Below are positions 60,707-64,000 of a stretch of DNA of 64,000 nucleotides, piece by piece. Source of the DNA: Thermodesulfobacteriota bacterium (lineage in GTDB: Bacteria; Desulfobacterota; Desulfarculia; JACQYL01); NCBI GenBank assembly GCA_963675595.2, contig CAXXLZ010000002.1, positions 2,912,001 to 2,976,000 on the forward strand, written 5' to 3'. Under the pieces are notes generated by a model that worked only from the letters and a program-made list of their open reading frames with translations, had not been told where the DNA came from and made no database searches. A program made the position numbers and the translations under genes. Each line of letters opens with the position of its first letter. Position 1 is the first letter of the stretch.

Positions 60707-61786
60707 ATGAAAAATGGTTTCAAATCGCTGTGGATTCTTTCTCTTTTCTTTTTGTTGCTCTGCTCGCCCGCCAATGCGGATAGCTCACAGGCGCAAAATG
60801 CCTTATTACCCAAAGTTGTTGTGGTCACTACCGGTGGAACGGTGGCCATGAAATACGACTCCGCCTCCGGAGGGGCTGTTCCCGCCGTATCCGGCAAAGA
60901 TCTAATCGAGGCGGTACCTGGGTTGGATCACATCGCTGCTATCGAAACGGTTGAGCTCTGCAATATCGACAGTTCACAGATGACACCGGAACTATGGAGG
61001 AAGTTAAGTGCCAAGGTACAGGAAATTCTTGAACGACCCGATGTGCAAGGGGTGGTCGTAACACACGGCACGGATACGATGGCTGAAGGTGCCTTTTTTC
61101 TTGAAACGACCCTGCAAAGTGAAAAGCCCGTTGTTTTTGTCGGTGCGATGCGAAGTGCCTCTGATCTAAGCCCCGATGGACCGGCCAATATTTACAATGC
61201 AGTATTGCAGGTCTGCTCCCCTCAAGCCAAAGAATGGGGCGTCACGGTTACCATGAATCAGTTTATCAATAGCGCACGACATGTTCAAAAGGATGAAACA
61301 ACCAACGTGCAAACATTTAATTCTGGTGAATATGGGTATCTTGGATACATAGTGGGCGATCGTGTGATTCCATTTAACCATGTCCTGATCAAAAACAAGT
61401 GGCCTTTACCCGAACTTTTGCAGGATGTTCCATTACTTTCAACCTATGCGGGAGATGACGGGAAATTTATCCGTTATGCCGTGGATCATGGCGCCAAGGG
61501 ACTAGTGATTCAAGGGGTTGGCGCCGGTAATGTGAATAAGGATGTCTTTCAGGCCATTCAGTATGCGTTGGGTAAGGAACTTCCGGTCGTTGTCGCGACC
61601 AGGGTTCGTCACGGCGGTGCGTACGCACTTTACGGAGACGATGGTGGAGGTGGTTCATTATTAAGCATCGGGGCCCATTTGGCCGGTGATTTGAGCGCAT
61701 ACAAGGCCAGATTATTATTAATGATCACACTATCCCAACCCGATATGACGCCGGAAAAACTGAAAAGGGTCTTTTCTCCTCAGTAA
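60707..61786 (+). CDS. Secreted type II L-asparaginase/glutaminase
   Basis: Signal peptide, TTGGTVA, NIDSSQM, VTHGTDTM, KPVVFVGAMR, DGPAN and GAGNV. Confidence 0.93.
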   Translation: MKNGFKSLWILSLFFLLLCSPANADSSQAQNALLPKVVVVTTGGTVAMKYDSASGGAVPAVSGKDLIEAVPGLDHIAAIETVELCNIDSSQMTPELWRKLSAKVQEILERPDVQGVVVTHGTDTMAEGAFFLETTLQSEKPVVFVGAMRSASDLSPDGPANIYNAVLQVCSPQAKEWGVTVTMNQFINSARHVQKDETTNVQTFNSGEYGYLGYIVGDRVIPFNHVLIKNKWPLPELLQDVPLLSTYAGDDGKFIRYAVDHGAKGLVIQGVGAGNVNKDVFQAIQYALGKELPVVVATRVRHGGAYALYGDDGGGGSLLSIGAHLAGDLSAYKARLLLMITLSQPDMTPEKLKRVFSPQ

Positions 61787-61792
61787 TTCAAG

Positions 61793-62088
61793 GCATCCGT
61801 TCACGGGGTATTCGGGAAACGCTTTTGGAAAAGGGTTTCCCACAACCCTTCCCAAAACCTGTTGAGCGGGTTGCCCGCTTTCGCGTCGCAACCAAGGTGA
61901 GGGGCCGTTAGGAGAACGATTGCCGGACGCATCAGGGACGAAGCCCTCGCCAAGGGCGCCCCAGTCCGCAGATCTGCTCACGCCGTGAAGCCTCTCCGCC
62001 GGAGGCGGTGAGGCCTGCTTGAAGCTTTTTACAAGGGGGGGAACGGGGGGAGAACTTTTTAAAAAGTTCCCCCCCCGTGAATGAATAC
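61793..62088. repeat. MITE-like hairpin-rich repeat, family A copy 3
   Basis: Ends GCATCCGTTCACGGGG ... CCCCGTGAATGAATAC are inverted; shares its right module with 12649-12815 and its left module with 50407-50631. Confidence 0.7.
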
Positions 62089-62553
62089 AACGCATCGGCG
62101 GTCGGACGGCGAAGCAACTCCCACGCACTTTACAGGCTCTCCAGGAGCACCAAAACATAGCGCCATACCCCCCCTTTTTCCATAACCCGCCGAAAATACG
62201 TTAACATTTATCCTGAATCGTCAAGAATAGGTATGAATTTCATAAAAAAACCATGCTTCCACTTGTTGCCGGAGGCAGGAAGTCCGTGTATGATGGTATG
62301 TAATTCAAAATCGACTCGAACATCAGAATACCGAAAGAGGTTCCCCCTTTCCGAAGTCGGCATCGTATCCACTCAGGGGTCGCCGTGGGGCTGAATGGTG
62401 GAATTGGGCAAGGCATGATGCTGCTCAGGCTGTCGAGCGTCGGGTTTGAGACGTGGATCGCCTGGTGAACTCTCCCGACGATCCTGAGCCATGTCAAAGG
62501 TTATGTTTGGGTCCTCGAACCGTAACGACTACGATCATTCACGGAGCCGGCTG

Positions 62554-64000
62554 ATGACTGACATTTTGGTGAAAAAGGACAAGATAGTCTCCGGGTTTAG
62601 CTTGGTTATGGTTTTTGTCTGTTTGGTTATCGTGTTTTCCATGCCCAACATCATTTATGCTTCAGCGTGTTGCATAGATGACGAGGTTCACGGCGAATGC
62701 GCTTTTCGGGATGCTGCTCCCGACCATCGGCCGGAATCGGCATCCTATAGGACTTTTCAAGAGGGTGATTTTATAGGGGTTGCGCCAAGTACTGATACAA
62801 GAGATCCTGAAATTGAAACGAGCCGTTCACTGACTATGATTTCAGGCCGGAACCATCCCAGCCATTCAGCTTCGGGAACCGAAAGCATTTTTCAAGCAGG
62901 AAGATCGGGCACTGCGAACCCGGGTGTCTTAGACGTCACTTCCATCGGTAAAACCGCGAACACCCGCAACATGACCATCAACAGCGCCCCTAAAGTCCTT
63001 CTTGTTTCATCAAGGCTCGATGACGCGCATGATCTCGTGAATGCCGCAAACTCCAACGTGCTGGTGATTCAATATAACCCTGAAACCACGGTTCTGAATG
63101 AACTGAACGCGATGGTGACTGACGCGCTCAAGGGCGGGAAGGCTTCATCCATTGCGTTTGCCGCACATAATTGTGGAAGAAACAAATTTCATATCGCCGA
63201 CTCTGAAGTGATCAGTCTCCGTTCAACGGTTTCCAACAGCAAACAGGGGGAGTTCTGGCGCAAACTTGCCTCCAATCTTGAAAAAGGCGGCAGAATCGAT
63301 CTATTGGCCTGCGACCTTGCTGAAGGAGACGAAGGAGGGTTGCTGATAGGCGCGCTGGAACATGTCACGGGAGTCGACTTCGCGGCTTCGACGGATGCAA
63401 CGGGTAATGCCGAGCATGGAGGAAACTGGATACTTGAAACGGATCGCATCAACGCTGAGGAATATTTCAACGCCCCTGAAATCAAAAACTATACGGAATT
63501 AATGGCTGCAAACTGGGAACAGACCCAAAAACTTACCGTATCACCATTCAGCAGCGAATTCGGATTCAGCGTAGCCGTTTCCGGAGATGGGAATACCGCG
63601 CTTATCGGGGGTCCCACCGCTGGTTCGGAAGAAGACGGTGAAGTTTTTGTATTCAGATATTCAGAAGGTTCCTGGGTATATGACGAAACCATAGAAGCTC
63701 CCGAAGGCGGTGGTTTTGGAGTTGCCGTCGCACTTTCCCATGATGGAAATACGGCATTGATCGGTGCCGATCGCGGGGAGAAGGCGTATATTTACTCGTA
63801 TGACGAGTCCTGGTCTTTGGAGACTACATTTGACCCTTCAGGGTCAAATGAAAGCTTTGGATCCAGTGTATGTCTTTCAGCGGACGGATCAACGGCTGTT
63901 GTTGGTGCACCTCTTTTTGATGATCCGTCACAAAATGCAGGAGTCGTCTATGTATATACGGGAAGCGGTTGGTCGGATGAGACCAAGCTGAGTCCTACGC
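62554..64000 (+). CDS. Large exported DUF4347 plus FG-GAP repeat protein, running off the window
   Basis: Open frame from ATG 62554 with a hydrophobic signal; IDLLACDLA...FAASTDATGNAEHGGNWILE (DUF4347); FGFSVAVSGDGNTALIG, FGVAVALSHDGNTALIGA and FGSSVCLSADGSTAVVGAP. Confidence 0.88.
   Translation, partial: MTDILVKKDKIVSGFSLVMVFVCLVIVFSMPNIIYASACCIDDEVHGECAFRDAAPDHRPESASYRTFQEGDFIGVAPSTDTRDPEIETSRSLTMISGRNHPSHSASGTESIFQAGRSGTANPGVLDVTSIGKTANTRNMTINSAPKVLLVSSRLDDAHDLVNAANSNVLVIQYNPETTVLNELNAMVTDALKGGKASSIAFAAHNCGRNKFHIADSEVISLRSTVSNSKQGEFWRKLASNLEKGGRIDLLACDLAEGDEGGLLIGALEHVTGVDFAASTDATGNAEHGGNWILETDRINAEEYFNAPEIKNYTELMAANWEQTQKLTVSPFSSEFGFSVAVSGDGNTALIGGPTAGSEEDGEVFVFRYSEGSWVYDETIEAPEGGGFGVAVALSHDGNTALIGADRGEKAYIYSYDESWSLETTFDPSGSNESFGSSVCLSADGSTAVVGAPLFDDPSQNAGVVYVYTGSGWSDETKLSPT

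Noticed and set aside
62408-62425. sigma54 promoter before the DUF4347 gene (GGCATGATGCTGC)
   Set aside because: The GG-to-GC spacing is one base short of the strict -24/-12 requirement.

Overview
A GC-rich bacterial chromosomal window. Gene content and repeat style suggest an anaerobic Desulfobacterota/Syntrophobacterales-like organism (inference). From left to right it holds: (1) an RND efflux pair, an anaerobic sulfatase maturase, a Tat-exported sulfatase and a lipoprotein, separated from a HisKA_7TM/NarL regulator set by an intact IS4-family element; (2) a BaeSR-like system whose kinase is split in-frame by an IS701-like element, divergent from secreted DUF1566/Lcl proteins, one fused to PKD and arylsulfotransferase domains; (3) a CpxRA-like pair divergent from a sigma54-promoter EF-hand gene; (4) VIT-vWA, radical SAM, PhoH2, PHP-glycosyltransferase, cheW, dinB and feoAB-DtxR genes; (5) a minimal B12-radical SAM / KS / CLF / ACP / lipoprotein lipid cluster next to a class I aldolase homologue lacking its catalytic residues; (6) a decaying defence-like island containing an AT-rich AvcD-type kinase/dCTP deaminase with a -1 frameshift and a possible upstream antitoxin RNA, DUF5131, a TcmP partner gene hit by IS21 and IS1634, and two degenerate RAYT remnants; (7) an asparaginase and the start of a large DUF4347/FG-GAP surface protein. 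Two families of dispersed non-coding MITE-like repeats recur. I found no tRNA, rRNA or CRISPR array. All family calls come from motif recognition by eye, not database searches.
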